From positions 76,955-140,954 of the forward strand of contig JAEUHX010000087.1 of assembly GCA_016792805.1 (NCBI GenBank): a stretch of DNA of 64,000 nucleotides, given 5' to 3'. Positions 1 to 9,448 of the stretch are shown here, one piece after another. The notes under the pieces are model-generated. The model saw only the letters and a program-made list of their open reading frames with translations. It ran no database searches and was not told where the DNA came from. Each line of letters begins with the position of its first letter. Within the stretch, counting starts at the first letter, position 1. The stretch is from Planctomycetota bacterium (GTDB taxonomy: Bacteria; Planctomycetota; UBA1135; JACQFD01). Made by a program: the position numbers and the translations under genes.

Positions 1-1660
1 CGGAGACAGCAACTGCCAAGTCCACGTCACCATCCCGATCGAAGTCGGCTCCGACGGCGTCCGATGGGCTGTCCAGGACAGGGAACGAGAAGCTCGCCCC
101 AAATCCGCCGAGCCCATCGCCGAGACGCGCGACGAACTCGTTGCTCGTTCGGCAGGATGCAGCGAGATCCGTCTTGCCGTCCAGGTTCCAGTCTCCCGCA
201 ATCACGGACCGAGTATCCGCTCCCATTGCAAATGTTGCAATCGATCCGAATGCGCCGCCGCCGACCCCGAGCGCAACGGTGCTGGTATTGGTGGATCCGT
301 TGGCCGTTGCGAAGTCGATCTTGTGATCACCATTGAAGTCCGCGGCAACGATGTCCCGGCACAGCCCGCCCCCCGAAACGGTGCTGGCGATCGTGAGCGA
401 CCCGTCGCCGTTTCCGAAGAACCGATTCACAGAGGAGCTCGAAGCTGCCGCTACGAGTGCATCCTCGAAACCATCCTGATCGAGATCACACAAAGCGACT
501 CGGCTCGGGGAGGTGCCTGTAGCGATTGCAGTGGCTGAAAGAAAGCTCGATCCGCCGTCCGATCGAAATACTTGAAGATCATTGATGATGGAAACGACGA
601 CGAGGTCGGTTCGGCCGTTCCCGTCCACGTCGCCAGCGCTCACGAACTGCGGATCATTGTCACAAGGGAAACTCTTTAGAGTGGGGAACGCTCCGTTTCC
701 GGCTCCCGAACCTAAAACAAGCACATCCGCAGCGTTCGAGGTCGCCGCGAAGTCGAGCTTGCCGTCGGCGTTGGCATCCAGCAAAACGATCCCTGTAAGC
801 TGGTTCGCGGTGGAAGTGTTCTGGGAGCTCCCAAATCCCCCGATGCCATTCCCGAGCCGAGTGTATACAAATCCAGGGGAGAACGTCGCGGCCGCGGCCA
901 CAATGTCGGGGCTGCCGTCGCCGTTCACGTCGCCGGCGCTCACAGAGCTGGGCCGGTCAAATACCGAGAAATTTGTATTCGCGCCGAAGCTCCCAAACCC
1001 ATCTCCGAGCCGAACGGAGAGGTTGTCGGAGTTGAGATTCGCGGTCACGAAATCGGGTCTCCCATCGAGGTTGAAGTCCGCCGTATCGACCGACTGGGGA
1101 AGGGATCCCACGGAGAAGTTCACTCCAGGCGCAAACCCGCCGACGCCGTTCCCCAGGAGCACCGTCGCATTGTTGCCGAGCTCATTGACCGTTACGGCAT
1201 CGAGTTTGCCATCTAGGTTGAAATCACGCAGACGCACCCGCTTGGGCTTCACTCCAGTCGTCATCGGCGTGCCGACGGAGAATGCTCCGGTGCCGGAGTT
1301 CGTCAGCACGGACATGGTGTCGTTATTCTGATTTGTGAACACCACGTCGGGCGCGGAATCGCCATTCAGATCTCCGACCGCGAGCCCGCTCGGCCCGAGG
1401 CTCCCGGTTCCTGAAGAACTCACATTGGGACCGGTGAAGTTGCCGGCGCCATCGCCGGGGAAGAGATGAAGCTGTGTCGCTCCATTGCACGCGACCAGAT
1501 CGGCCTTTCCATCGCCGGTGACGTCGGCGATCACCGCTCCTGAGCTGTTCACAATTCCCGCCCATGGGAACGTTGGAGACGGGAACCGGGGCGCATTCTG
1601 CCCGAGGGCGCTCCCGCTGCATGCTGCCAGGATCGCTGCCGAAACGGAGATGTGCCGCAT
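1..1660 (-). CDS. FG-GAP/VCBS-repeat secreted protein; N-terminus in window, C-terminus runs off the left edge
   Basis: Own minus-strand translation from ATG at 1660. It starts with a signal-like MRHISVSAAILAACSGSALGQ, followed by repeated hydrophobic-x-GDxNGDGxxDhh units (VIADVTGDGKADLVA, AVGDLNGDSAPDVVF, SAGDVNGDGSPDIVA, SAGDVDGNGRTDLVV, GADFDRDGDVDLAV). The frame stayed open wherever I translated it: 1660 to ~1300, ~900-960, and continuously from 601 to position 2. Absent from the ORF track because there is no stop inside the window. Confidence 0.8.
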   Translation of the reverse strand, partial: MRHISVSAAILAACSGSALGQNAPRFPSPTFPWAGIVNSSGAVIADVTGDGKADLVACNGATQLHLFPGDGAGNFTGPNVSSSGTGSLGPSGLAVGDLNGDSAPDVVFTNQNNDTMSVLTNSGTGAFSVGTPMTTGVKPKRVRLRDFNLDGKLDAVTVNELGNNATVLLGNGVGGFAPGVNFSVGSLPQSVDTADFNLDGRPDFVTANLNSDNLSVRLGDGFGSFGANTNFSVFDRPSSVSAGDVNGDGSPDIVAAAATFSPGFVYTRLGNGIGGFGSSQNTSTANQLTGIVLLDANADGKLDFAATSNAADVLVLGSGAGNGAFPTLKSFPCDNDPQFVSAGDVDGNGRTDLVVVSIINDLQVFRSDGGSSFLSATAIATGTSPSRVALCDLDQDGFEDALVAAASSSSVNRFFGNGDGSLTIASTVSGGGLCRDIVAADFNGDHKIDFATANGSTNTSTVALGVGGGAFGSIATFAMGADTRSVIAGDWNLDGKTDLAASCRTSNEFVARLGDGLGGFGASFSFPVLDSPSDAVGADFDRDGDVDLAVAVS

Positions 1661-1753
1661 AAGCCCCTCAATCCGGCCCCAGCGCTTTCCGTTGCAGCTG
1701 CGGATCAGAGCAGCCCTCGGAGGCCTTGCCCGCTGCCGAGCTGGCGCGGATCA

Positions 1754-1905
1754 GGAGGACGATTCAAACATGCTCCGCGAAGCGAGCGCGAGGACTCGTC
1801 GCCCAGCGCGAGGAGCCTCGCGTCAGGCGTAGCCAAAGAGTTCCGTCGGGGACGAGGCGACGGTGCTGCGATGGGCGACGAGGCCCGCGCACAGCTCGGA
1901 TGACT
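1754..1905. repeat. Left arm of a ~150-bp inverted repeat flanking the 1920-3380 CDS
   Basis: Hand alignment of 1754-1905 against the reverse complement of 3441-3589. Both start GGAGGACG(A/T)TTCAAA and end CTCGGATGACT. Roughly 80-84% identity with three small indels. Confidence 0.85.
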
Positions 1906-1919
1906 CGGGGAAGTCCGTC

Positions 1920-3380
1920 TCAGCCTTGACCGACGGCCTCTTCGAAGCTCTTTCGATACTTTTCCATGAGCTTCGTGTCGCGCCGGATGCGCTTTTTCTG
2001 GTCAGGCCGAAGCGTGGAAACGCAGTGCTCTTGGAACTCGAGCTGGAAATCGCTCCACTTGTCGTCGCTGTCGAGCCCGAAGATCTTCTCAAACATCGCG
2101 CCGGGCATCTCCCCGCTGTGTTTATTGAGCTCGCTCTTCAGCCAGTCATGGAACTGCTTGCGATACTTGCCTTCTTCATAATGCTGGAGGAAATGACACA
2201 GCGCCCAGCCGATGGAATAGGTGCCGCTGAAGAGATCGCTCGCTTTCTTTCCCTCGGCGCCGCCCACCTTGCTTTCGAGCGTCGCGCGGGCCGTCCAGAA
2301 TTCGAGATACGACATCGTTGCGATCTCCCGCATCGACGGCTTGAGCTCAATGAGCTCATCCATCGTGGAGTGATCCACCTTCTCGAGGCCGAGCGCCATG
2401 ACCGCCTTGACGCGATCGATTTGCGGCAACCCGAAGAAGTAACGCCAGCCGTCAGGCTGCTTCTTGTCGAGCAGGCGGTCGTACCCCGAGACGTACTCGG
2501 CGAAGCCCTCCTGCATCCATGGTGAATTCGTAAGATCGAACCCGCGGCCCGGAGAGTTGAAATCCATCAGCTGGTGAGTTCCCTCGTGCCAGGCTGTCTC
2601 TCGAATCGACTCGATCTGGTCGCCCGTGAAGCTCTTGTTTTCTTGAGGATCCTGAAGCCATAAAAACAGGAATCCAGAACGGTTATTTTTCTCCGTGCCC
2701 GAATAGAACGCCCCCGCGGTCGACGTGGAGGGTCCTGGATTCCCCGAACGGCGCCACCGCTCGTATTGGCCCTGAGAGCGGAAGACCCACACCGGAACCG
2801 GCGTGGTGTCAAGCGCCCTCAGCCCGGCGACCTTTGAGTAACGTTCATAGAAAGTCCTGAAGAGGGCGCCGAAGATCTCGCCGAAGCTCTCGGCGTACGA
2901 TTCGGTCCGCTTGGCTCCGTCTTTCTGAATCGCCAACAAATAGGGCCGGGGGACGATCTTCGTACCCTTCGAGTCGCCGTTGTAGAAGAACTCGAACTCG
3001 CAGGGCTTGGCGTCATCGGGGTGTGTCGCATCCGGATCCGGCGGATCCTTCGGCTTGAACCCTGCCGGCAGCTTCGCGACGTTTTCCTTCGCGATGCCAT
3101 TCGTACGATCGATGAGCCTCTTCATCTCGCGGATGGTCTCGAGGGCGCCACGCGAATAGGCGTCCTTGGGCATCGGATCGGCGTCCTCGCCCTGCGCCGC
3201 GCCGGGTTGAGAAGCCGGCGCCGAGCCGCCTTGCGGAAGCGCATCTCCGGGCTGCGCCACGCTGGCGAGCAGACTTGCTGCGACGAGCGCGCTCAGCGCA
3301 GACGCGCAAGCGCCCGTCCGAAGGCAAACAGCCGGAAGTCGGAGGGAGCTGAAAAACTCGTGGGTCGACGCGTGGGCCAT
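1920..3380 (-). CDS. Secreted HExxH zinc-metallopeptidase-like protein (DUF1570-like)
   Basis: ORF 1920..3446. Contains WHEGTHQL (HExxH) followed by WMQEGFAEY, as in DUF1570/MA-clan-like proteins. Hydrophobic signal-like segment ACASALSALVAASLLASVAQ. ATG at 3380 (MAHAST...) gives a normal n-region; the distal ATG at 3446 lies inside the inverted repeat. Confidence 0.6.
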   Translation of the reverse strand: MAHASTHEFFSSLRLPAVCLRTGACASALSALVAASLLASVAQPGDALPQGGSAPASQPGAAQGEDADPMPKDAYSRGALETIREMKRLIDRTNGIAKENVAKLPAGFKPKDPPDPDATHPDDAKPCEFEFFYNGDSKGTKIVPRPYLLAIQKDGAKRTESYAESFGEIFGALFRTFYERYSKVAGLRALDTTPVPVWVFRSQGQYERWRRSGNPGPSTSTAGAFYSGTEKNNRSGFLFLWLQDPQENKSFTGDQIESIRETAWHEGTHQLMDFNSPGRGFDLTNSPWMQEGFAEYVSGYDRLLDKKQPDGWRYFFGLPQIDRVKAVMALGLEKVDHSTMDELIELKPSMREIATMSYLEFWTARATLESKVGGAEGKKASDLFSGTYSIGWALCHFLQHYEEGKYRKQFHDWLKSELNKHSGEMPGAMFEKIFGLDSDDKWSDFQLEFQEHCVSTLRPDQKKRIRRDTKLMEKYRKSFEEAVGQG

Positions 3381-3440
3381 ACAGTCCTCGCTGGGCAGGA
3401 TCGCGCACCAGGGAAGGCGCGGCAAGCAGGGCGTTTCAGA

Positions 3441-3589
3441 AGTCATCCGAGGTGCGCAAGGGCCACGCCGCCCATCGCTGCGCGGCCCCGTCCTCGACGG
3501 AACTCTTCGGCTGCGCCTGCGGCGAGGCTCCTTGCGCTGGGCGACGGTTTCTCGCGCTCCCGTTGAGGAGCACTTTTGAAACGTCCTCC
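3441..3589. repeat. Right arm of the ~150-bp inverted repeat flanking the 1920-3380 CDS
   Basis: Its reverse complement aligns end to end with 1754-1905 (see that feature). Lies between the stop of the 3606-5243 CDS and the start of the HExxH CDS. Confidence 0.85.
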
Positions 3590-3605
3590 AAGCCGTGGTC
3601 GTACG

Positions 3606-5243
3606 TCAGCCGCGCGCGAGCTGACGGACCCGCAGTAGCGCGAGCCCCGCGACCACCGCGAGGATCGCGGGGATCGCCCAGAGAGCGCTTCGGTCGAAGC
3701 GTGCGCCGAAGCCGACCCAGCCGATGCTCCCGAACGAGTGATACTCGGGAATCTGCTGAAGCGCTGCCACGGAGATCGCCCCGTCGCGATCAACGTCGAG
3801 TTCACGCCAAGGAAGTTCGCCGCCGCGAAGAAGGACCGCTCGTCCGAGCGCATGCTGCGCTCGGAGAAAGCCGCCGGGCCCCGCATCGAGGCAGAGCCTT
3901 TGGAATCGATCCTGGTCCCCCAATTTCGGCTCCCGGACAGCGGACGCCTCCATCGCCGCGGCCATCGCTGCGAATGGAGAAGTGAACGTGGCAGGCGCCA
4001 CCAGTGCACATCCCGCGAGGGCGACAGCGCCCGCGAATAGACGCCCTCGCGGGCTCCACATGTCGATCGCCAGAGCAGCGGCGACCGCCATCGCCGGATA
4101 GCCGAGCAGCGCATATCGCGGGCCGAAAGACCATGCGCCGTGCCATTCGATGGTGCGTCCGACGGAGGTCCACGCCCCGAGCGCCGAGAGAGCCAGAGGC
4201 AGAACAAGAATCCACTTTTTGTGGAGAAGGAGGCGGCCCAATCCTGCGAGCCCGATCCAGAAGGTGGGGAGCGCAAACCAGGCAACCCCTTTCGACGGCG
4301 CAAAAAGCAGCGCCGTGAATCCCAGGTGGATTGGCACATAAAACCAGCTCTCCGCCGTCGACTTCTCATATCCGGTGATCCAGGGGCTGCCCCAGCGAAG
4401 CGCGTTTGCAACAAAAAACGTGAGTGCGAAGGGAAGCGCACCGGCGGCGATGAGAACGAGCGCGCGGAGGTGGGAGCGCACGCCAGCCGCGCGCGCGGCG
4501 CAGAGAAGCACGAGCGGCGGAACCGCAGCAACAGTATGAACCTTCGTCAGCAGGCCGAGCCCGCAGGCAGCTCCGACGACAAGGCCGCGCACCGCCGTCG
4601 GAGCCGCCGCAAAGGCGAGCGCGCGCTCGAGCACAAGCGAAACGCAAAAAACCGCCTGCATGTCGGAGAGCCCCGAGCGTGCCTGCGGGAAGAAGTGAGT
4701 TCCGAATCCGAGAGAGGCGGCGGCAAGGAGCGCCGAAGTCGGCGACGCGCCGGCGCGTCGGCAGGCGAGAAACACCAGTGAAAGGGCCGCAGCCCCGAAC
4801 AGCGGCTGGAGCGCGAGCACGGCCGCCCGTGCGAAATAGTCGCTTCCGCCGAGGTGCTGAGAAGTGAACGACTGCGACGCGAAGCTCGCCGCGATCTCGG
4901 AGCAAAGGCCGTCGAGCGTTCGCCCGAGGAAGTAGGCCGGCACGCCGATCACGGAGTAAGCGATTCCCCAGTAAGGATATTGGAGCCCATTCAATCCAGG
5001 GCGACAATTGTACGCTTCACCTTTTGCCGCCGGGGTCGAGGCGAACTCCAGAATGCGCTTCGCGGAGGGCGTCTCCGGCTCCAGGTGCAGCTCGCCGCGC
5101 TCCGCAATGGCGCGAGTTGCCTGGAAGCCGACTTCGGTATCGACCTCCTCGGGAACCCAATTGGCGAAGATTAAGAAGATCGCGGCACAGAAAACGAGCC
5201 AGGCTCGCGCGATGCGCAGGTCTGTGGACGTGAGCTGCTGCAT
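3606..5243 (-). CDS. Polytopic membrane protein, GT-C fold glycosyltransferase-like (ArnT/PMT_2 family-like)
   Basis: ORF 3606..5381. The ATG at 5243 (MQQLTSTDL...) sits 2 nt after the upstream stop codon (5248-5250). Many hydrophobic spans, an acidic first loop (PEEVDTE) and a GLGLLTKVHT motif resembling GT39/GT83 enzymes. Confidence 0.5.
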   Translation of the reverse strand: MQQLTSTDLRIARAWLVFCAAIFLIFANWVPEEVDTEVGFQATRAIAERGELHLEPETPSAKRILEFASTPAAKGEAYNCRPGLNGLQYPYWGIAYSVIGVPAYFLGRTLDGLCSEIAASFASQSFTSQHLGGSDYFARAAVLALQPLFGAAALSLVFLACRRAGASPTSALLAAASLGFGTHFFPQARSGLSDMQAVFCVSLVLERALAFAAAPTAVRGLVVGAACGLGLLTKVHTVAAVPPLVLLCAARAAGVRSHLRALVLIAAGALPFALTFFVANALRWGSPWITGYEKSTAESWFYVPIHLGFTALLFAPSKGVAWFALPTFWIGLAGLGRLLLHKKWILVLPLALSALGAWTSVGRTIEWHGAWSFGPRYALLGYPAMAVAAALAIDMWSPRGRLFAGAVALAGCALVAPATFTSPFAAMAAAMEASAVREPKLGDQDRFQRLCLDAGPGGFLRAQHALGRAVLLRGGELPWRELDVDRDGAISVAALQQIPEYHSFGSIGWVGFGARFDRSALWAIPAILAVVAGLALLRVRQLARG

Positions 5244-5247
5244 CGAA

Positions 5248-6480
5248 CTACCGCGGCACGAGAAGCGACGCCGCAAGCGCGCCGCAGGCCGCGAGGCCGC
5301 CCAGAGAGAGCCCCGCCGGTAGCTCCCACCATTGGAAAAGGAAGATCGCTGCCGAAGAGAGCACCACAGATGCCGCTTCAAATCTGAAAGCTACTCTTCT
5401 CCATGCGACGGCGGCGAGCAGCAGAAGCGATGCATGGAGGACGAGCAGCCCAATGGGCGGAGTCAGAAACGAAGCTCCGGGAATCCCGTCGCGAAGCGCA
5501 AAGGACGACTCCCGCGCCGATCGCGATAGAAGCGACCAGGAGAGGACGGCTCCGACTAGCTGCAGCAGGAGCAGAAGCGTGCCTGCGGCTACCGCGGCGG
5601 GAGCGCGCCGACGCCACCCAGCGAGGGCGGCCACGGCGCCGGCGGGAATGAGAGCAGCGGCGAGCCAGGGTGAGATGCACGAGGCGCCAATGGTGAAGAT
5701 CGCGGCGAGCGTCGTCCATGCTCCGACGCCGCGGCTCTCCTCGCCCTCGGCACGGGCGATATGTGTACACGCGTACAGCGTGCCGAGAAATTGTGATCCC
5801 CCAGCTGCATCTCTTCCGAAACCGATCTCACCGGGAGCGGAGACAAGCCAGGGGCTTCCCGGTACGACGAGCGCCGCCGCTGAGCCGAGGGTCAGCACGA
5901 GCGCCGCGGCCACCGTTCGCCGGGAGGCCGCGAATCTCGTCGCAAGAAAAAAAGTGAAAATCACAGTCAGCAGAATTCCCGCGGAAGTGTGGATCGCGGA
6001 GCCGATCGAGAGGCGTAGCGGGATCGTGATGGCAGCGGCAGCGACTGCGCCTACCGCACCGACGGCGAGCATGAGCGTTCCCCCCGCGCGCCACTGGACA
6101 GATTTGTCGCGAATGGTGCGCCCCTCCCGACGAAGCACAAGAGCGAGCGCGTTCAAGATCATGGATCCACACAGAACCCAGCGAATAAGAACGTGGTCCG
6201 GCGCACTCGGCCACCTCGCGAGCCACGCCATGAGCGCCAGGGTCGAGCCGGAGGAGAACGCGACCCATTTGGCGCCATTGATCGGTTCCGGGCTCATCCA
6301 AGCGAGGAACGGAGTCCAAGGACACAATAAGAGCGCAAGGGCCCCGAGTACGGCAGTCGCCGCGGCAGCCGCAGTTCCTTCCAAACGATACTCATGCAGC
6401 AGGAGCGCAAGCGCGGCTAGCCAGGCGAATTGCGCAAGTGCGAAGCCTGCGCTGGAGGGCTTCACGGGCGCTCTCCGCAT
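5248..6480 (-). CDS. Integral membrane protein of unknown function (about 10-12 predicted hydrophobic spans)
   Basis: 410-aa ORF that is almost entirely hydrophobic/Ala-Leu rich. ATG at 6480 overlaps the upstream CDS by 19 nt. Same strand and tightly packed with its neighbours. Confidence 0.55.
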   Translation of the reverse strand: MRRAPVKPSSAGFALAQFAWLAALALLLHEYRLEGTAAAAATAVLGALALLLCPWTPFLAWMSPEPINGAKWVAFSSGSTLALMAWLARWPSAPDHVLIRWVLCGSMILNALALVLRREGRTIRDKSVQWRAGGTLMLAVGAVGAVAAAAITIPLRLSIGSAIHTSAGILLTVIFTFFLATRFAASRRTVAAALVLTLGSAAALVVPGSPWLVSAPGEIGFGRDAAGGSQFLGTLYACTHIARAEGEESRGVGAWTTLAAIFTIGASCISPWLAAALIPAGAVAALAGWRRRAPAAVAAGTLLLLLQLVGAVLSWSLLSRSARESSFALRDGIPGASFLTPPIGLLVLHASLLLLAAVAWRRVAFRFEAASVVLSSAAIFLFQWWELPAGLSLGGLAACGALAASLLVPR

Positions 6481-7904
6481 GTGCCCGCAGGAATCGGCGT
6501 CGCAGGATGCCCGGGCTCTCCGTGGATTCGCTCCCTGCGAATCGCCTCGATCCGAGCCGGGTCCGTTTCATCCACCGGCGGGGCCGGACGAACGGAGGCA
6601 CGAAGCCGTGTGAGATGGGCGCGCATGCGCTCCAGCGAAGAAGAAGCTGAGAGCGCCAGGTTCACCGACTCCTCCGGATCCGTCGGCTCGTCGTAGAGCT
6701 CCTCCGGCACGGCCGACGTCGAATCCCCGGGCCAGCCGCCCGGCGCAACTCGCAGGGGATCACAAATCAGCCTCTCTCGGAGAGCCCGAGCCGCAAAGAC
6801 CCTGTTCTCCCAGCTTGCGAAAGCCACATAATCCCTCGAACTCGGATCGTCCAGAAGCTTCATCAGGTCGCGTCCACTGGAACCCTCCGGGGGATCGCAA
6901 TCAAAGCGCGCTGCGATCGTACGAGTAATATCATACAGTTCCACCACGGGCGCCGCCACCTTCGGCCGGCCAGCCGTATCCTGGCTCCAGTAGAACAGCG
7001 GCACATGCAGCGCAGCGTCGCGCAGCGAACCGAGTCCACCGAAGGGCCCGCGAGCTCCGAGCTGATCTCCATTGGTTCCCGCAAAGATCATGGTGGTCGA
7101 TTCGTACCTACCGAGCAGCGGCCTTGCCGTCTCGAGGAAGACCTGCGCGGCATCGGAGCCCTGAAGAACGCTCGCGGCGTGCAGGCCGTGCACGGTCCGG
7201 CGCCGCTCCTGTGTTCGAAGGACCGGACTCTTGGCGAACTGCTCCAGTTCCTCCAGCGTTCCCGCCGCCGGGTCGGCATCCGGGCAGATCACTTTTCGGT
7301 ACTCCCAGGCAGGCTGGTAGGGCGGCGATGGATTCGATAAATGAATCCATAGAAATATGGGCCGATCCGGCGCCGCAAGCCTCATCGAGCGAAGCCATAC
7401 ATGAGCTTCCAGCACGAGCTGATCGTCTTTGTCGCAGGCTACATAAGTGCCGAAGCCGCGCTCGAGCCCGCAGGGGGGCGCGAGCGCTTTGCGCCGCACG
7501 AATGCGCCGCATCGCACGCCCCGCAGCGAGAGCAGCTCAGCAAGTGTCGAGACGCCCGTCAGCCGGCTGTACTCGTTGTACACACCGAGTTCCTCGGGCG
7601 GACGCCCCGAGTGCAATGCAACAAGAGAGGGAAACGGCGAACCTGAGGGCGCGAAGGCTTGCGCGAACCGAATCCCGCTTCGGGCGAGATCATCCAAATC
7701 CTCAGGCAGCGCGGGGGGAAAGTTGCCGCCGTACTCCGGAGGCGTCGTGTCAGTCGTCGCCCAGCCGTAATGGGCAGCCGACACATCATCCGCGCGCACG
7801 GATTCCATTGTGAAGAGGAGCAGTGTCTTCACCGGGCGTTCGCCCGAGCAGGCCGCAACCGCCGCCAGCGCCGCCGCTGCGAACACTCGATGCAGTGCGC
7901 TCAC
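6462..7904 (-). CDS. Sulfatase-fold (alkaline-phosphatase superfamily) lipoprotein with apparently degenerate catalytic motifs
   Basis: ORF 6462..8288. GTG at 7904 forms a GTGA overlap with the upstream stop at 7901-7903. N-terminus VSALHRVFAAAALAAVAACSG carries a lipobox-like VAAC. Sulfatase-like blocks are LLLFTMESVRADD, LWIHLSNPSPPYQP and IFAGTNGDQLGARGPFG. Confidence 0.7.
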   Translation of the reverse strand: MSALHRVFAAAALAAVAACSGERPVKTLLLFTMESVRADDVSAAHYGWATTDTTPPEYGGNFPPALPEDLDDLARSGIRFAQAFAPSGSPFPSLVALHSGRPPEELGVYNEYSRLTGVSTLAELLSLRGVRCGAFVRRKALAPPCGLERGFGTYVACDKDDQLVLEAHVWLRSMRLAAPDRPIFLWIHLSNPSPPYQPAWEYRKVICPDADPAAGTLEELEQFAKSPVLRTQERRRTVHGLHAASVLQGSDAAQVFLETARPLLGRYESTTMIFAGTNGDQLGARGPFGGLGSLRDAALHVPLFYWSQDTAGRPKVAAPVVELYDITRTIAARFDCDPPEGSSGRDLMKLLDDPSSRDYVAFASWENRVFAARALRERLICDPLRVAPGGWPGDSTSAVPEELYDEPTDPEESVNLALSASSSLERMRAHLTRLRASVRPAPPVDETDPARIEAIRRERIHGEPGHPATPIPAGTCGERP

Positions 7905-9448
7905 GGGGCGCTCCCGAATCCAAGCGAGCGGCTTGTCCACAAAAAGACGGCTGCCGTCGCCAGGGCGACGCAACACAGGTTCAGCACGAGCCCGGATCGA
8001 AGCATGGTGGCCATGGGGATTCTGCCCGACGAGAAGACGATTGCATTGGGCGGCGTCCCGATCGGCAGCATGAAGGCGAGCGAAGCCGCGAGCGTCACCG
8101 ACAGGGCGGGCAGCCTGGGATCGATGCCGGCCGCACGCCCAATTTCGACGGAGAGAGGAATCATGACCTGGGCGGTCGCCGTGTTGGAGGTCACCTCGCT
8201 CAGGAATGTCACAAAAACGGAGATTCCTGCGACGATCGCGAGGGCGCTCCATTGGGAGGCTGCAGGAGCGAGCGCCTGGCCGAACCACTCTGAGAGGCGC
8301 GACTCCCGAAAGGAAGCTGCGATCGCAGAGCCGGCGCCCAGCAGCAGCAACATCTCCCAGGGCACACTTCGAATGGCACGGGCATCGACAAGGCGCGTGC
8401 CCTCGGTATCGCCGGAGGGCAGCGCAAAAGCCAGTACGCAGAAGAGCACTGCTATCGTCGTATTAGTGATCGCGTCCTCGAGCTTGATGCCGCGCCCCAG
8501 CTCCTCCGGGAAAAAACGCAGCCATCCGTACTCGATTCCGTCGAACCGGAGCGTCCGCGTCACCCAGAGCACGACGGCCGCCAGAAAGAGGAGGCCAATT
8601 CGCGCCTCGGGCTTTGTCCAGGGGCGCGGCTGAACCTGCGCCGCGAAGGTCTCCTCGAGGCGCTCCATCCGCGCGGGGACGCGGATCGCGATTCGCGTCA
8701 CCAGGACCCAGGCCACGAAGCAGGCTGCCGCGGCGATCGGCACCATGCCGAGCATCCAGCCGAGAAATGTCGGCGGCGGCAGGGCGCCCAGCGGGCGGCC
8801 GCTCGAAAACTGTGATAACATCACAATATTCGGACCTGTGCCGATTGGAGTGGCGAGGCCGCCGATGTTCGCACCGTAGGCCACGACAATGAGTAACGCC
8901 GCGGAGAAGGAGCGATGGCCGGCGTCTCGTTCGTCGAGGCCCGCCGACTCCACGACCGCCAACGCGATCGGATACATCATGACCGCCGTCGCAGTATTGG
9001 AAATCCACATCGAGACAAATGCGGTTCCAACAAGAAAGCCGAGCACGAGGCGGCGCGGGCTTGTGCCGATGAACCGAACGACCCCGAGCGCAATTCGCCG
9101 GTGGAGGTTCCAACGCTCGACACCGGCGCCGAGCACCATGCCGCCCAGAAAAAGAAAATTGACGTCGTCGAAGTATGTGGTGGCGACCGTGGTGGCCGGC
9201 AACACGCCCAGAATCGGGAAGAGCGCGAGCGGGATGAGGGATGCGGCGCCGAGCGGCATTGCGTCCAGTACCCAACAAATAGCCGTCGCGACCGTCACTG
9301 AGGCCGCATGCCGGGCGCTGACCGGCATCGAAGTAATAGAAGTCAATACTTCTGTTAGCACAAATCCTGCGGCGGCCACGAAGAGCCCTCTGCGGGCGAG
9401 GAAGGGAATGGCCGGCTCGTCCGCGGCAGGGGGCGGCCCGGTGCTCAT
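7901..9448 (-). CDS. DASS/SLC13-family anion:sodium symporter (sulfate or di/tricarboxylate type)
   Basis: ORF 7901..9994. ATG at 9448 (MSTGPPP...) forms an ATGA overlap with the cutA stop. Polytopic, with MWISNTATAVMMYP and SEVTSNTATAQVMIP hairpin motifs typical of SLC13/DASS transporters. Confidence 0.8.
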   Translation of the reverse strand: MSTGPPPAADEPAIPFLARRGLFVAAAGFVLTEVLTSITSMPVSARHAASVTVATAICWVLDAMPLGAASLIPLALFPILGVLPATTVATTYFDDVNFLFLGGMVLGAGVERWNLHRRIALGVVRFIGTSPRRLVLGFLVGTAFVSMWISNTATAVMMYPIALAVVESAGLDERDAGHRSFSAALLIVVAYGANIGGLATPIGTGPNIVMLSQFSSGRPLGALPPPTFLGWMLGMVPIAAAACFVAWVLVTRIAIRVPARMERLEETFAAQVQPRPWTKPEARIGLLFLAAVVLWVTRTLRFDGIEYGWLRFFPEELGRGIKLEDAITNTTIAVLFCVLAFALPSGDTEGTRLVDARAIRSVPWEMLLLLGAGSAIAASFRESRLSEWFGQALAPAASQWSALAIVAGISVFVTFLSEVTSNTATAQVMIPLSVEIGRAAGIDPRLPALSVTLAASLAFMLPIGTPPNAIVFSSGRIPMATMLRSGLVLNLCCVALATAAVFLWTSRSLGFGSAP

